Shown: positions 12,772-27,029, counted from the first letter of the whole stretch. The stretch is 63,840 bases of DNA, filler included, from Octopus bimaculoides (GCF_001194135.2; 4 parts of 3 records of this genome joined end to end with filler, not necessarily neighbours in it); one strand, 5' to 3'. Made by a program: numbers and translations. The notes: generated by a model from the sequence alone, not told the origin.

Positions 12772-12992
12772 CCCTTTAGCATTTAAACCAGCCACATCCT
12801 GCCCAAACGTTTCTACCTATTTTATGTTAAAACTGACCAGATTTGGCCCCTCACACCTACCTAACAATGTCATTGTAAAAATTTGTAATTACATCAGTGA
12901 AATCTCAAAATTACAAGATAATGCATGATTAATTCAAATCAATGTAAATAAATAAGCATTATATTTGATAGAGTAATCTGAATGCTAAAGGG
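12772..12992. mobile_element. piggyBac-like MITE
   Basis: Perfect TIRs CCCTTTAGCATT / AATGCTAAAGGG. Flanks TTAG and CTAG resemble a degenerate TTAA target. No ORF. Confidence 0.7.
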
Positions 12993-13760
12993 CTAGTTTA
13001 ACATAATTCCTTGAAGACCAGTACTCCGTTTTCTTTCTTCTTACCAAAGGTAGATTCACATTGATATATATTGGTAAAATTGCTTTGATAAACTATCTAT
13101 AATACATTAAAAGTCAGTTTCAATCTTGGTTGTTTGCTTGCAATGTTACCCAGGCAAACCAGCACATAATGGGAAAATACTATGAATTAAGTTTACCCTG
13201 AAATGTTAATAGGAACAGAATGAAACAAGTTTTGCATAAGTTGGAGCAGTAGTTATTCAGATATTCGGGGTTTGGGGTAGAAATACTCAAAACTGTGCTT
13301 AATGTGAAAATGTTCCGAATTTAACTTTGTCCTTAAAGGGAAGAAACTCTAACTTTTTGATTAGACTGATTTGACAACAAAAAAATATGATTTGTTTTTT
13401 TTACAGTAAATATATATACATACAACCTTCGACAGAGTAACAGTCATATATACAACTTAAACAGACACACATATCAGTATATAAACATACGTTTACATAT
13501 ACATGCACATATACACACACACAGACACGTCTATACACTTACATATGTAAATGCTCACATACATACACACATGCATACATATATGCGTATATGCATATAT
13601 ACATGCATACGCACATAGATACATGCAGATATACATACATGCATGCATATATACATGCATGCATACATACATAAACACATATCATGAACTTCATAACCTT
13701 GGTGTGAAATACTATTTTTCCCTAGGTTTTTTCAAGTGCATTCAATGTTATCTCACCTCC

Positions 13761-13880
13761 AAAGATTTGACTGCTATTTTTAACACACCCTGCCACTACG
13801 TTAACAGCTATTTGCAATAAAGGATCTGACATACCTGTTACATGGTAGCAGGGTGTGCAAGAAATAGCAGCCAAATCTTT
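13761..13880. repeat. Fold-back of a dispersed MITE-type terminal motif
   Basis: ~46-bp imperfect inverted arms (13761-13807 / 13835-13880). The AGATTTGGCTGCTATTT motif recurs near 22820, 42370 and 45415. Confidence 0.65.
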
Positions 13881-14479
13881 CCTTTTCTTGGGGGAAAGGA
13901 GCCATTTATGCATGATTTCGATGTCACATTCATTGAAAGCATGCAAAATAACCTGAAAAAGAAAAGACCCATAAATAAAACTCCGTTGTTGGGAAACTGA
14001 GTTTCCCAGCAACCCAACAGGTCACAGGTAGTCTAGTATTTCAACATATTTGATGAGGTAGTTGATTATCAATATAATATATACTAATTATATATAAATA
14101 TATGATGACGATGATGATATATATATATATTTATATATACATATGGCTGTGTAATTAAGAAGCTTGCTTTCCAGCCATTAAGTCTTAGGTCAAGTCTCAT
14201 GCATGGCACCTTGGTGGGCAAGCGTTCTCTACTATAAGCCTTAGGCAGACTAAAGCCACATGAATGGATATGGTTGGTGGAAACTGAAAGAAGCTTGTCA
14301 TATTTAAATATATATCTGTGTGTTTCTCCTCCATCACTGCTTGACAACCAATGTTGGTTTGTTTATGTCTGTAACTTAGTGATTTGGCAAAAGCGACCAA
14401 GTGGTAGATGGAAACTGAAAGAGTGTGTATAATTTTTGATTTATCCTCATGTTTGCATGTGTGTGTGAGTGTATAAAAT

Positions 14480-15860
14480 CATCATCACCATTCAATGCCA
14501 TGCTGGTAAGCTGGAGGGCAGCATCAGGCTCCAATTGTCTGTTTTGGCATGGTTTTCTATAGCTGGATGCCCTTTTGCAATGCCAACCACTTTACTGAGT
14601 GCACTAGGTGGTTTTATGTGGAACCAGCACGGGTGCTTTTTATGTGGCACCAGCACAGGTGTTTTTTATGCAGCATCAGCATCAGTGGGATTGACAAGTA
14701 GCTTGCAAGACAAAGACTTCTCAGTGGAGAGAGGAAGCGGAACCAAGGGAAGTGGCTGTGTTTCAGGCAAGAGGTTAGAGTACAATAGAGGGACAGAGAT
14801 AGTTGTCTTACTATAGAGGAGATATTGGCTACCCCAGTAGGACAAGGAAAGCGAGGAAGGTGTTGGGGAATAAGAGGGAAAGATAGAGAGATAGAGTGTG
14901 TGTGTGTGTATGAGAGAGAGAGAGAGAAATAGATGGTGTTAGAGATGTTTTGGGGCCTACCCACAGGGAACAGTGGGAAGTGTATAAGTGGTACAGAGGG
15001 GATAGAGGGGGAAGTTCCATAAGAGTGTGAGGGGAGATGTTTAGAGATGAGAAAGACATGACTGTAGCAAGTGATGGTGGGAGAAATTGGAGTGGCAGGA
15101 GGGAGTATGGTAGATATGTAAGGGCACTGAGAGTGTGTGGGTAAGCACATGAAGGAGAGTGGAGGGGCCTACAGCAAGTGGGATACAATGGAAGAGAGGG
15201 GCCTGCAGTGGGTGGTGTGAGTGTTGTGAAGATGAGTTGTTGGGGAGTTTTGACAGAAGACAAATTATGTGTGTGCATGTGTGATGTGGAGAGTATGGCT
15301 ATAAAGGACATGCTTGTATTATGGGTGGCCATGATTTTACTTAGCTTGATGTGTCCTTTCAAGCATAGCAACTCTCTGTGAGGCTCAACATCTGAAGATC
15401 ATTTCACACCACATCTTCCTGGGTGTACCTCTTCCACAGGTTCCCTCAACAATTATAAATTGGCACATCTTCGTGCAGTTGTTCTCATACTAGTGCAGTC
15501 TTCTCTTTTCCACACTGCATCTGATGACTCGTTTACCCATTTTTCTCTTCAATCACTTACACTCTAGTATATATATATTGACATTACCCATCCAGCAGAA
15601 CATGCTGGCTTCATTTCTTTCAAGTCTTTGTATGTCCTCTGCAGTTATAGCTCATATTTCTCTGCCATGTAGCATAGCTGTTCATACACAGGCATTATAC
15701 AATCTGCATTTCACTCTGAGAGAGAGTCCATTTCTTAACAACAAATATAGTTCTTGTTCAAACAACTATGCTTTCAGAGAATCCTCTTCCACTACTAACT
15801 TGGTCACCTAGACAATGGAAGCTATCAACTACTTCTAAGGATCCTGCTGGACATTTTCTC
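14480..15860 (-). mobile_element. RTE-clade LINE, 5'-truncated, long 3' UTR
   Basis: Decayed RTE C-terminal coding sequence at 15860-15340, followed by the shared GGAAGGGCATCCAGC-type 3' module. Confidence 0.72.
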
Positions 15861-15995
15861 TGTTAACCTCCCTGTGATACTGCTACACCCCTTATGTGTC
15901 TGTAGCTTGCACTGGGTATACTGTGTGGTATTTCTACCCATCCGTCTGTCCATCCATCTATCTATACACACACACACACACACACATAAAATATA

Positions 15996-16790
15996 CAGAG
16001 TGCAATGGGTAAACTCACCATTTTATACTATCAATTTTGCACATGCACATAGTCTGTTTTTGATTTTGTTGACCACACAGTATAGTAGGGTCCATTGGGC
16101 ACTGTCTGTAAGAAAAACAGCACTGTAACACAATTCAATCTGCCAGAAATTTGGAAATGACATGCTGTACTGCTTGGCATTTGAGCGAGAAGCTTCAATA
16201 TGAACATCTCAGAGTGTTTGGAGTCATTACTAGTGATGGTGACATTATGCCTCCATTGATCTTCCCACACAGCCTCAGACTCAACATGGAGGCTTACATC
16301 AAATGCCTGGAGGAGGTAGTGCTACCCTGGGTCAAGAATGTGGCTGCTGGAAGATCCTATGTCTGGCAACAAGATTCTGCACCATGCCACACAAGTAGGA
16401 GAACCCAGTCATGGCTGTTTAGACAATTTCTGCGACCACATCACCCCTAACATTTGACCACCTAACTCCCCCACACTGCAACCCCTTTGATTATTATGTG
16501 TGGCACACAGTTGAGCGAGAGAGCAACAAATCTCCTTGTAACATCGAAGATGTACTGAAGGCAAAGATTATGGTGGTATTCACCAACTTAAACAAGGAGA
16601 CCATCCAGAAGATTTGCAGGAGATCCCGAAGTTGTCTGGAGGCCGTGGTTGAAGTCAATGGCAATTTTATTGAATATATTTACTCTTTAATATTTCAAGA
16701 TATTTTTATATAATTTTGGTAAATATATCTGATAAAATGAGATGTCAGTGTTATTTTCATTTTTGCATAATTTAGACGACAATATGTATA
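15996..16790 (+). mobile_element. maT-type (DD37D) Tc1/mariner transposon, internally deleted
   Basis: TA|CAGAGTGCAATGGGTAAA 5' end. QQDSAPCH...NPFDYYVW motifs. Closely similar to the 46450-47590 copy. Confidence 0.82.
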
Positions 16791-16849
16791 GATGTATGTA
16801 TGTATGTATGTATGTATGTATGTATGTATGAATGTATGCATATATATAT

Positions 16850-17850
16850 CATCATCATCATCATTTAACGTTTGTTTTCCATACTGGCATGGGTTGGACA
16901 GTTCGACTGGGGTCTTGGAAGCCAGGAGACTGCACCAGGCCCCAATATGATCTGGCAGTGTTTCTACAGCTGGATGCCCTTCCTAATGCCAACCACTCTG
17001 AGAGTGTAGTGGATGCTTTTTACATGCCATCGGCACAGGGGCCAGAGGAGCTGGCATTGACCACAATCGGATGGTGCTTTATGTGCCACTGGCATGGCAG
17101 CCAGTCAAAGCAGCACTGGCATTGGCCATGTTTGGATGGTGCTTTTTACGTGCTACTGGTACAGGGGATCACAACTACAATTTCCATTTGATTTGATTTT
17201 GATATTGACGTTGATGTACTTGACTCAATAGGTCTCCTCAAGTATGGCATGTCACCCTATGATCCAAGGTACTTTTGAGTGGGCTGGTTATGCGACATTG
17301 GTGTAGGTTACAGCTGTGAACTCACTTTATTTGCCAGGTCTTCTCAGTCACAGCATACCTTCAGAGGTCTCAGTCTTTTGTCATTGCCCCTGTGAGGCCC
17401 AGCGTTTGAAGGTCATGCTTCACCACCTCATCCCATGTCTTCCTGGGTCTCCCTCTACCCTGGATTCCTTCCACTGTTTGGTAGTGGCACTTCTTCACAC
17501 AGCTCTCCTTGTCCATCCATAGTATATGACCACACCAACGCAAACATCTCTCTTGCACACCACATCCAATGCTTCTTATATCTAACATTTCTCTCACATA
17601 CACTCTGTCGTGTGTGCACACTGACATTACACATCCAGCGGATCATTCTAGCTTCATTTCTTTCGAGCCTACGAATGTCTTCAGCAGTCACATCCCATGT
17701 TTCACTGCTGTAAAGCATGGCAGTTCGCACACACGCATCATACAATCTACCTTTCATTCTGAGCGAGAGGCCCTTTGTCACCAGTAGGGGAAGAAGCTTT
17801 TTGAACTTTGCCCAGGCTAGTGGTAACACTCTCTGAGCTAGTTTTCATAA
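16850..17850 (-). mobile_element. RTE-clade LINE, 5'-truncated
   Basis: AWAKFKKLLPLLVTKGLSLRMKGRLYDACVRTAMLYSSETW...RLRW.GH...GRGRPRKTWDEVV, then the 3' module and a (TGA)n tail. Confidence 0.88.
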
Positions 17851-18218
17851 GCCATTTAAACTCACCCCTCAAAATATAATTTTATCTCTCATGTAATTTC
17901 TTTAAGATAATTACTCGTTTCTTGGTCCGTTTAATTTCCTTATTATTACCATTATTTTCGTTCCTCGTACCATGTCTCCAAACTAAATTTTGTTTGTTCG
18001 TGGTGCGACCACCCTCTCCCAACCCCACCACCAATACTGGATATCTCTATCTTCCCACCATCTACACCGGATATCTCTCTGTCCTCCCACCACCATTACC
18101 TGATGTCACTTCTTTCAACCCTTCCTCCTCACTGGGCTCTTCTCTATATATTATCTGCACTCTTTCTCTCTCTCCTGGGACAAATGCAACTAGCCCAGCT
18201 GCCCACCTACTTAACTGG

Positions 18219-18250
<32 letters not shown>

Positions 18251-19019
18251 NNNNNNNNNNNNNNNNNNNNNNNNNNNNNNNNNNNNNNNNNNNNTTAATT
18301 AATTAANNNNNNNNNNNNNNNNNNNNNNNNNNNNNNNNNNNNNNNNNNNNTATATATATATATATAAAACAAACAAACACATAAGTAAGATGACTTACTT
18401 AGATTGGCGGTGGAAGGCCACACAAGAATGTTCAACAGTAGAATCCTCTGAAACCAGTGACGCTGAGCAACGGAGAAACTGAATAGAAATAATTCAATGG
18501 TAATATTTATTAAACCTTGAGGTAGAGGAGTAGCCTTCGGCAATGTGATATTGTTCTGTTGGTATGGATATTAATATATCTGAGATCCTGTTAGATAAAT
18601 AGCATGTATATTTTGAATGTATAATATTTGGTCTCTGTGGAGGTATTGGGAACTCATGAGTACTATCTACTTTTGCGATCTTCTTTTTTCTCTTGTAGGT
18701 AGCGTTGTTTCAATATAAATATACATTATATATATTGTTGTTGTTGTTGTTGTTGTTGTTGTTAAGGCAGCGAACTGGCAGAATCGTTACTAGACCGGAT
18801 AAAATACTTAGCGGCATTTCATCCGGTTTTACCTTCTGAGTTCATATGCCGCCGTCGTCAGTTTTGCCTTTCATCCACTCGGGATCACTAAAATAAGTGC
18901 CAGTTTAGAACTGGCGTCGATGTAAACGACCTACCCACTTTCCCTAAATTACTGGCCTTGTGTCAAAATTTGAAATCATTATTATTATGGTTGTCGTTAA
19001 GAGCTTTTCTCCTTTCAAT

Positions 19020-20240
19020 TATTTTTCCATTTCTTGCCAAGTGTCTTCCCGACAACTAAAGTACAAAAACCTCACTGTATACATTGATAGGCTCCTGAAA
19101 TATACGCACAAAATTGTTCATTTACAAAATCAAGTTGTGTAAAGTAAAGTAAAAAGTAAGAATGAACGTAAAATAGAAAAATTTATATGGTTTGTAATCT
19201 TTCTCACAGCGACAATGTTCTTCTCAATACGTATGATGTACCAGTTAAAACATTCTTTTGCACTTCTAGTATGGATGGTAAGCCAGGAATAATTCTCAAA
19301 TAATTTTCAATTCTATATTTGATTATTCCAAGTGTTCCTACAATCGTTAGTATTGTAACCGTCTTGAGATGCCACGTTTATTCGATCTCAAATCTTTATA
19401 CTTTCTGAGTTTGTCAAGTTCTTTTTTGCCAAGATATTACAATCACAAGCAATATTTATGTCGATCAGTAAATAGACTTTATTGTTTTGGTCTTTTACAA
19501 CAATATCCGGTTCATTGTCTTTGATGGTTCAGTCTGTACATACTGGAAAGTCCAAAGAATTTTTTTCCTTCATTTATAGCTTCAGGATGGTGATTATACC
19601 ACTTATATTAACCAGTACAGATATTGGCCAACTCTGTCATGTCTTGATTTATACTCAGCTGGTGTATAAATCAAATCTCTGGACTTTACATCCAGCGATT
19701 AGGTGGTCCACCGTTTCAATCACATCATTGCAGAATTGGCATTTTGCATCTACTCTATTTTTCATCAATAACCTTTAATCTTCAACATTTATGATAAAAC
19801 TTTCGCTCTCTGCCTTTAGCCCCGAGCTCTGTAGCCACTGATGGGTGTGCTTCTGCTCTACATCAGCTTATTTGCTACGGGACACATATTTGCCAGGCAG
19901 AAGTTTCTGCTCCCACCTGTCAGCCAATTGTTCATCCACTTTTCCCTTTTCCATTAATTTCACCTTCTTCGCAAGAACTTCCATCATGCCGTTCAGCTTG
20001 GGTAAAATTTTTTGCTCTCCTTTATAACAGAATGAAGTTTCTTACGCCTATGGCGACTTTCAACGAGTTTTAGCGTGCAGTCGTCAGAGGTTTCAAGATA
20101 TTTGGCCAGTCCAATTGTGATGGTTTTGGTAGAGGGTTCAAATTTGATCAAGCCTAGATCTCCTTGGGCCCTGGGAAGTTAAAGGCGATCCATGTCTGTC
20201 CTTGGGTGGTGTATCTTATTACAAATCAGCAGTTTACATA
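19020..20240 (-). mobile_element. R4/Dong-like LINE fragment (restriction-like endonuclease)
   Basis: Minus-strand PDIVVKDQNNKVYLLID...KELDKLRKYKDL motif and upstream C-terminal RT-region remnants. Confidence 0.78.
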
Positions 20241-20469
20241 TTTTATCAACTGGCAGAACCGTTAGTAACGCCGGACAAAATGCTTAGTTGCATTTCTTCG
20301 GGCTTTATGCTCTGAGTTCAAATTTCGTCGAGGTCGACTTTCATCTTTTCGGGAACGATACAATCATTGCTAGTTGAAAACCGGGGTTGATGTAATCGAC
20401 TGAACCTCTCCCAACTAATTGCTGAGCTTGTGCCAAAATTTGTAACTATCATCACCATCATCATTATGC

Positions 20470-21950
20470 TCTGTTCACAGAATTGTCTCTATCGCTATCT
20501 CATTTGATTTCATTGTTAGCGCCTTAAGTGTTTGCATTAAATATTTTAACCAGAAGTTTAACCAAATTTAATCCTGTTCTGGATAAGTTTCCAAACATTT
20601 GATTCTTGTGAAGCTCTTCATAAAATTGTTTTAGTTTTTAAGTCAACCTATTTATTTTTATTTTAAAAAATGTTTCCTTGAAATTTTACGACAATTTCCT
20701 GTTGCAGAAATTTTTTGACATCGTTTATATATTTATTGCCTTCTTTTCTTACCGTAATTATATGTATGTAGTCATTGTCTCTTTTCCTCGTTTTTTCAGT
20801 TGTTTTTTCATTGATTTCATGAAGGACCGAGAGATATTTTCTCGTATTTTCTATTATTTTCTGTATATTTGTTTTCCATCTTGTTTTCTCATTGATATTC
20901 CTATTTGATCAGTCCTAAGGGAATACACGCTTTTCTGATAACTACTGTGACCTAGTGTACATTTTTGCAATTAACCTGGTGATATTGATGCTTGTGTCTG
21001 TTTTAAGTCTGAGGTGTCCAGGTTCGCGTTCCTGTTTTTCGTAATCCTTAAGTTATTGTCACCTTTAAGTTACCATGGCCAGTTTAAACTTTCTTATTCT
21101 TAAATCTATTTCATCATATCTGTTACTATTTATATTATTTAGTGTTGTTTTGGTTCGGTTTTTGTTGGTCATCATTCTCTAGTCGTTGTAGTATTTGAAT
21201 TTACACCAAACGGGTCCGTTCTATCTTCGTGGTTTTGGTTCTTAGTACTTTCAATGTTGTTGGTTCATTGCTCATGTTTTCTTTATGTATTCTTTCTTTT
21301 CATTGCGGTATTTTACTTATTTTTTTGTCTTGAGTTAAGTTTGAGATTTCAGGCAAACAACGGGATTTCAGATAAATCTGAGCCTACTGGAGTCCAGCGA
21401 CACGTTTTGATTCGGGTTATTTTCCCAACATATTTCACATGAATTCATTATCGTAATTTAGTTTTATAAAGAGAATGCTACAACAGTCATGTAGATTGGA
21501 AATACGTTTCCCTCGAAACCGTTTATGCTATTTTCTTATTTTTATTTGCGAGACTTGAGGAGCAAAATCCGGATCTGAATTTAGACGATCAAAGCCCAGC
21601 CCTTATTTAGATTGTCGTCATTTTCGTCGGGTACCGGTTTATTTGCTTCGTCTTGTGCTAAGTATCACACTCGTAATTTTTCGTACTTTCTATGCAAAAA
21701 AATACAAGTTACACATCCGCCTAAGGTGGAGCCGGGTGATACTCTGATAGTTTGCTTACACTCAATATAAGAACTCCGTTTACTATGAACATTTGTTATA
21801 CATCAATTATACTTAATATAATTTCACACGGTATTACTTACATTTATTCTTCAACATTTTCCTTATTTTATTTTTTCCGGTTTGATTTATGTTTATTTAA
21901 TCGTTATTAATGGAGTATTTTTTCGAAGTCTTCAATCAGCGTTCACTCAT
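20470..21950 (-). mobile_element. Probable decayed Penelope-like N-terminal fragment
   Basis: Strand composition and short peptide resemblance (EIDLRIRKFKLAM) to the 23500-24900 element. No catalytic motif seen. Confidence 0.4.
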
Positions 21951-23049
21951 GTGTGACATCCCTCGGAGTGTTCCCTGTTAGACGTCATTACGGGAGTGGG
22001 GGGGGGTCTCCTTAAGTCAGAGCGTCGCAATAAATGTTTTGCAGCATTTCTTCCAGTCCTTAACATTCTGAGTTTAAGTCTCGCCGAAGTCAGCTCCACT
22101 TTTCATCCTTCCAGGGTCAATAAAATAAAGTATCAGTCAAGTACCGGGGCCAACTCCTTCAGAACTGCTAACCTTGTACCGAAGTTTGAAACAATTGTTA
22201 TTATTACTGTTGTTGATGTCAGCGGGTCGTTTAGCTTAAGGGTAGAATACTGATCCGGTAACTGATAGGCACGTGTTCGACTCCTATAGCCGATTGCTGG
22301 CAACATTTAAAAAGGCGATTAGCTGGTAGAATCGTTAGCAGGCCGGGCAAAATGCTTCGCGGCATTTCGTCCGTTTTTACGTGCTGAGTTCAAATTCCGC
22401 CGAAGTCGACTTTGCCTTCCATCTTTTCGGGGTCGATAAATTAAGTACCGTTTGAGTACTAGGGTCGATGTAATCCACTTATCCCCTCCCCAAAAATCTC
22501 AGGGCTGTGCCTTTAGTAGAAAGAGTTATTACCGTTGTTGTTATTTAGACCCAAGTCAGTCCTTAGTCGAGAAGACGTACGATTAAAGACATTCCAAGCG
22601 TAACCATCCCATCTTAATGTCTGTATGTAGATCTGCAGATGTGTGTTTAGCAGCGTGTAATGAATCCTTTTAAATGTCTACTTATTTTTATGATCTTTGC
22701 TTTCTATCAAGAACCTTCCAACTGTAACCATTCCATCTTTTTGACACAGTATCAGTACAGGACTGCTTTATCCAAGAAGTTCTTTCTCTCTTTCTGAAGT
22801 AGCAAAGTACGATTTAGCTGCCATTTTTCGCAGGTTGTGTGACAGTTAAGAGACCCTGTTCCTAGCTTACGTTTGTTGAAGTAAGGAGAAGAGAGCATTG
22901 TGATCGGAGAAGGAAGGCGTTTAAGAGATGCTGGAATGTGAAATATGTTTGTGAAATATGGATTTTACTGTTAAAGTGACTACAAAAGACATGTACTATA
23001 TATAAAGACACGGCAGCTGGCTGGCTGGCTGGTATGTTTCATACCAAAT

Positions 23050-23147
<98 letters not shown>

Positions 23148-23312
23148 AGACACACACATACACACAAATACACACAAACACACACACAAGTGTACAGAAT
23201 CACACGGACTTACAAACAAGTACACGCTTTCTCACACATTACATTGATAATAGCAAGATCCCGAAGATCGTGGGGCACTACTCCTACATAGACACATATT
23301 CACACACACACA

Positions 23313-23354
<42 letters not shown>

Positions 23355-23499
23355 AACACACACACACACACATATATGAGAGAGGTATTGGTATCCAGAA
23401 GGTAAGGCAGGTAAGGCTATGTAAGTGCTATGGAAGGACTGTAGTTAAATTCTCGGTTCGATAATAATACGAGTGAGGAGACAAATATGGCTCTTGTAT

Positions 23500-24900
23500 G
23501 AGCATGTTAAACATATATATATATATATTAATGTGTGTCAAAAGATGTATTATAATACTATTCCACATACAAAAACAGCCATACCAACAATCCAATATAC
23601 CTCCATCATCAGTTGCCCCATTTTGTTCTTACCTTTTGAAGGGGTGTAGTTACTTCTATTTCGGACTAACGATTCGTCCTCGTTGTATTTGTCGTATAGT
23701 TCCTCAGCGAATCGTAATTTTCTACAGAATTCCGCGACCTCTTCTTTCATTTAGTTGTAGATGGGGCATTGAGGGGTGGGTATAAACTTGAGCCCTTTGG
23801 AGAGTATGTTGATTTGGTTTGCTGTTAGTTCTTTGTAAATTACATTGATGATTTTTATCACTTTTGTTTCCTCCTGTCTGTGTCTGGTGCTATCTCGTGT
23901 CTCTGTGTTTGCGTATTGGGTCTAAAAAATGATTGAGATGATTGGGACGGAAAGTGTTATGTAGCTGTTCCCTGTTGTTGTGAAGTACCATGTTGTGATT
24001 TATGGTGCAGGTTCTTGGAAGGGTATTGAAAGGTGTGTCCCTATACTCCATGTTCGGATGTGGTGTTTAAGGGGCCGTCGTTGGTAATAATTACGTGTGG
24101 TACGGGTTTGTTGTGCGTGGTTGTTTAGTAGATTGTTGGAACGAAAGTTTCGTTGGTAATTCCTTATGGAGGGGATGGAGTTGCAATGTCTATCCTGCGG
24201 GTAGTGATTTTTCATTTCTCTGTTTGATGCTGAGGTACTCCTGATGTTGTTTCATTGGTTTGGCCTTGTATTCTTTTTTTGGTAGGGGTGATGGTTCCGT
24301 TTTTATATGGGTGTGAATCTGTGTTTGAGTATTGCTTTGATTTTCTTATTTTTAGGAAAGGGTTGTTGGAAACGTATTCTGTTTGGAAAACAGTTTCATA
24401 GTTTGAGAACCAAGTGGAGCTTTTGGAGATCTTTGAGTCATTTTGTTAATTTCTTGGTTGATCTCTTCATCGATGGATTTTACTTTATCTTCATTCGTCT
24501 GAGCCCTCAATTTTAGAAGTTCTATTTCCATCTTCATTTTTTCCAGTGCCATTCATTCCCTGGGGCATCTTTGTGCCTCAGGTTAATCTATAATGGCTTT
24601 GATCTGGAGTTTGCGTGGGAGAATTAACGGTGTCAGATTGAGCTATTTTTCGTATATATCCGTTTTGTTGTTGTTTTGGATCATCTTCCAAAAGGCGAAC
24701 TTTCTATCTCTGAGCGATTTGTTCCATGGTACTATGTGGTGTTTCATTTAGTACGTTGTTAGTGTATTGATCCCATATGCTGCCTCGTTCGGAGATCCTC
24801 GGTTCGTGTTATTTGAGAAAAATGTTCAAATTGTTTCGCATAAGTTTCCGAGGTTTTCGACGATTTCGGAGGTTGTATTTTTGTATCGAATATATATATA
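23500..24900 (-). mobile_element. Penelope-like element, N-terminal/pre-RT fragment
   Basis: RKFAFWKMIQ...PRKLQIKAI, MEIELLKLRA and EFCRKLRFAE...NEDESLVRNRSNYTPSKG, typical of the PLE pre-RT region. Confidence 0.7.
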
Positions 24901-26571
24901 TATATATATATATATTTCATATGCAGGTACACTCACACACATATATTCATATACTTATACATATATATGTATATACGTGTATGTACATACATATGTATAT
25001 AATATGTATATATACATATGTATGTACATACTGCACCGGTTTCGTTGATGAGTATTTCAGTTGTTCGCTCAACTTAATTCCCTACCCATGAATTATGCTG
25101 TGGATGAGTATTTTACAAATCCATCTACATCTTAAAATATACTTCCGTGAGATCCAAGTGCAACACTAATAGAACAGCCATACAATCCACAGTTTCATAT
25201 TATACCAAAACCTGGACATTATCTCAGAGCCGGAGGAAGACAGTTCATACTTCCCTGGTGAAGCACTTCACCCTATCGTTAATCATGAAACTCTCGTGGA
25301 GCGGTATGGTTCCCAACAGTGAGACACTAATGCAGAGGATCTTTACACTGATAGCAGCACCCACTTCGAGGCATTGTAAGTTCAGAAGAAGGTGATGAAT
25401 GTGAAGGGGAACGGTGGGATGCTGGGTATGGGTCGATATTTTCCTTAGAAGTATAATATTGATTTCAAATCTTAGCCCGAGGCCAGCAATTTCATGGGAG
25501 GAGTAAGTCAATTACATCAACCCCAGTACCTATTTTATCTTTTTCTACGCTAGGCATAAGGCCCGAAATTTTGGAGGAGGGGACCAGTCGATTAGATCGA
25601 CCCCAGTACGCAACTGGTACTTATTTTATGGACCCCCGAAAGGAATGAAAGACAAAGTCGATATTGGCGTAATTTGAACTCAGAACGTAAATACGGATGA
25701 AACGTCACTAAGCATCTTATCCGGCGTGCTAACGATTCTGCCAGCTCGTCGCCTTAATAATGATAATAATGGTTTCAAATTTTGGAACAATGCCTGCGAG
25801 TTCGAGGAGGGGGTAAGTGGATTACATAACTCCAGTACTCAAATGGGGCTTCTTTTATGAACTCCGAAAGGATGAAGGGCAATTTGAACTCAGAACATAA
25901 NNNNNNNNNNNNNNNNNNNNNNNNNNNNNNNNNNNNNNNNNNNNNNNNNNNNNNNNNNNNNNNNNNNNNNNNNNNNNNNNNNNNNNNNNNNNNNNNNNNN
26001 NNNNNNNNNNNNNNNNNNNNNNNNNNNNNNNNNNNNNNNNNNNNNNNNNNNNNNNNNNNNNNNNNNNNNNNNNNNNNNNNNNNNNNNNNNNNNNTATATA
26101 AGAAATGATGCATTCGACCAACTAAATGTCTGTAAAGACGTATGTTTGATTGGCAAAAAAAAAGGAAAACAAGGCTAATAAAGAACGTGAAAAAATAGCT
26201 GCTGTTTTGGATAAGATCTTTTATTTTTAAAATTTGATGAACTGTTTATAAATCGCCATCCAGTAAAAGAAAACAAAACTAATGCATTGGGTAGTGCATC
26301 TTACTAACATGTCATCTAAAACAAACTAGTCAGTAGATTGTTGTATCAACAATTGGTCTGTCTTATTTCCGCTGTAACGAAATCATGAATAGGAATTTGG
26401 ACAATGAAAACAAAAGAAGGAAACACAGAGACAATAAAGGAAATATAATCTTAATATGATAGATGTGTACAAGGTTGCTGGCAGTGTGACGGTTAACTAT
26501 AGCTAAGAAGGTAGTCAACATAGTCTAGATCGCTAGTAACCGACATATATATATATAGTTATAAACATACA

Positions 26572-26979
26572 TGTGGCTGTGTAGTAAGAAATTGCTTCTG
26601 AACCACATAGACCCAAGTTCAGTCCCACCACGTGACACCTTCTCAAAATATCTTCTTTTGTAGCTTCGGGCCGACCAAAACTTTAGGAGTGGATTTGGTA
26701 GACGGAAATTGAAAGAAGCCCCTCGCATATGTGTGTGTGTGTGTGTGCGTGTGTGTGTGTGTGTGCGTGTGTGTGTGTGTGTCCACCACCGCTTGTAAAC
26801 GGATACTGGTGTGTGTTTACGCACCCATAATTTAATAGTTCGGCAAAAGAAACCGATACAATACGTAGCAATTAGAGAAAAATTAGTACTGGGGTCGATT
26901 CATTCGACTCAAAATGCTCGAAAGTGGTGCCTCAGCATGGCAACAGTCTGATGACTGGAATAAGTAAAAGATAAAAGAT

Positions 26980-26980
<1 letters not shown>
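26572..26980 (+). mobile_element. SINE family A copy
   Basis: Same head, (TG)n tract and tail as 176-595. Confidence 0.82.

Positions 26981-27029
<49 letters not shown>

Noticed and set aside
18251-18350. TTAATTAATTAA island inside N runs (also 49058-49157 and 62016-62115)
   Set aside because: Each case is exactly 44 N + TTAATTAATTAA + 44 N = 100 bp. The 12-mer has stops in all six frames, so this is an assembly spacer, not biology.
25030-25070. CTGAAAT...GAAACCGGTG on the minus strand upstream of the 23500-24900 PLE
   Set aside because: Core lacks G8-A9, there is no stem II pairing, and the triplet is GUG (not cleavable). At most a relic.
26488-26520. TTAACTATAGCTAAGAAGGTAGTCAA resembling the LSU rRNA TAACTAT...TAAGGTAGC site
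   Set aside because: Short, gapped similarity with no flanking rRNA sequence.
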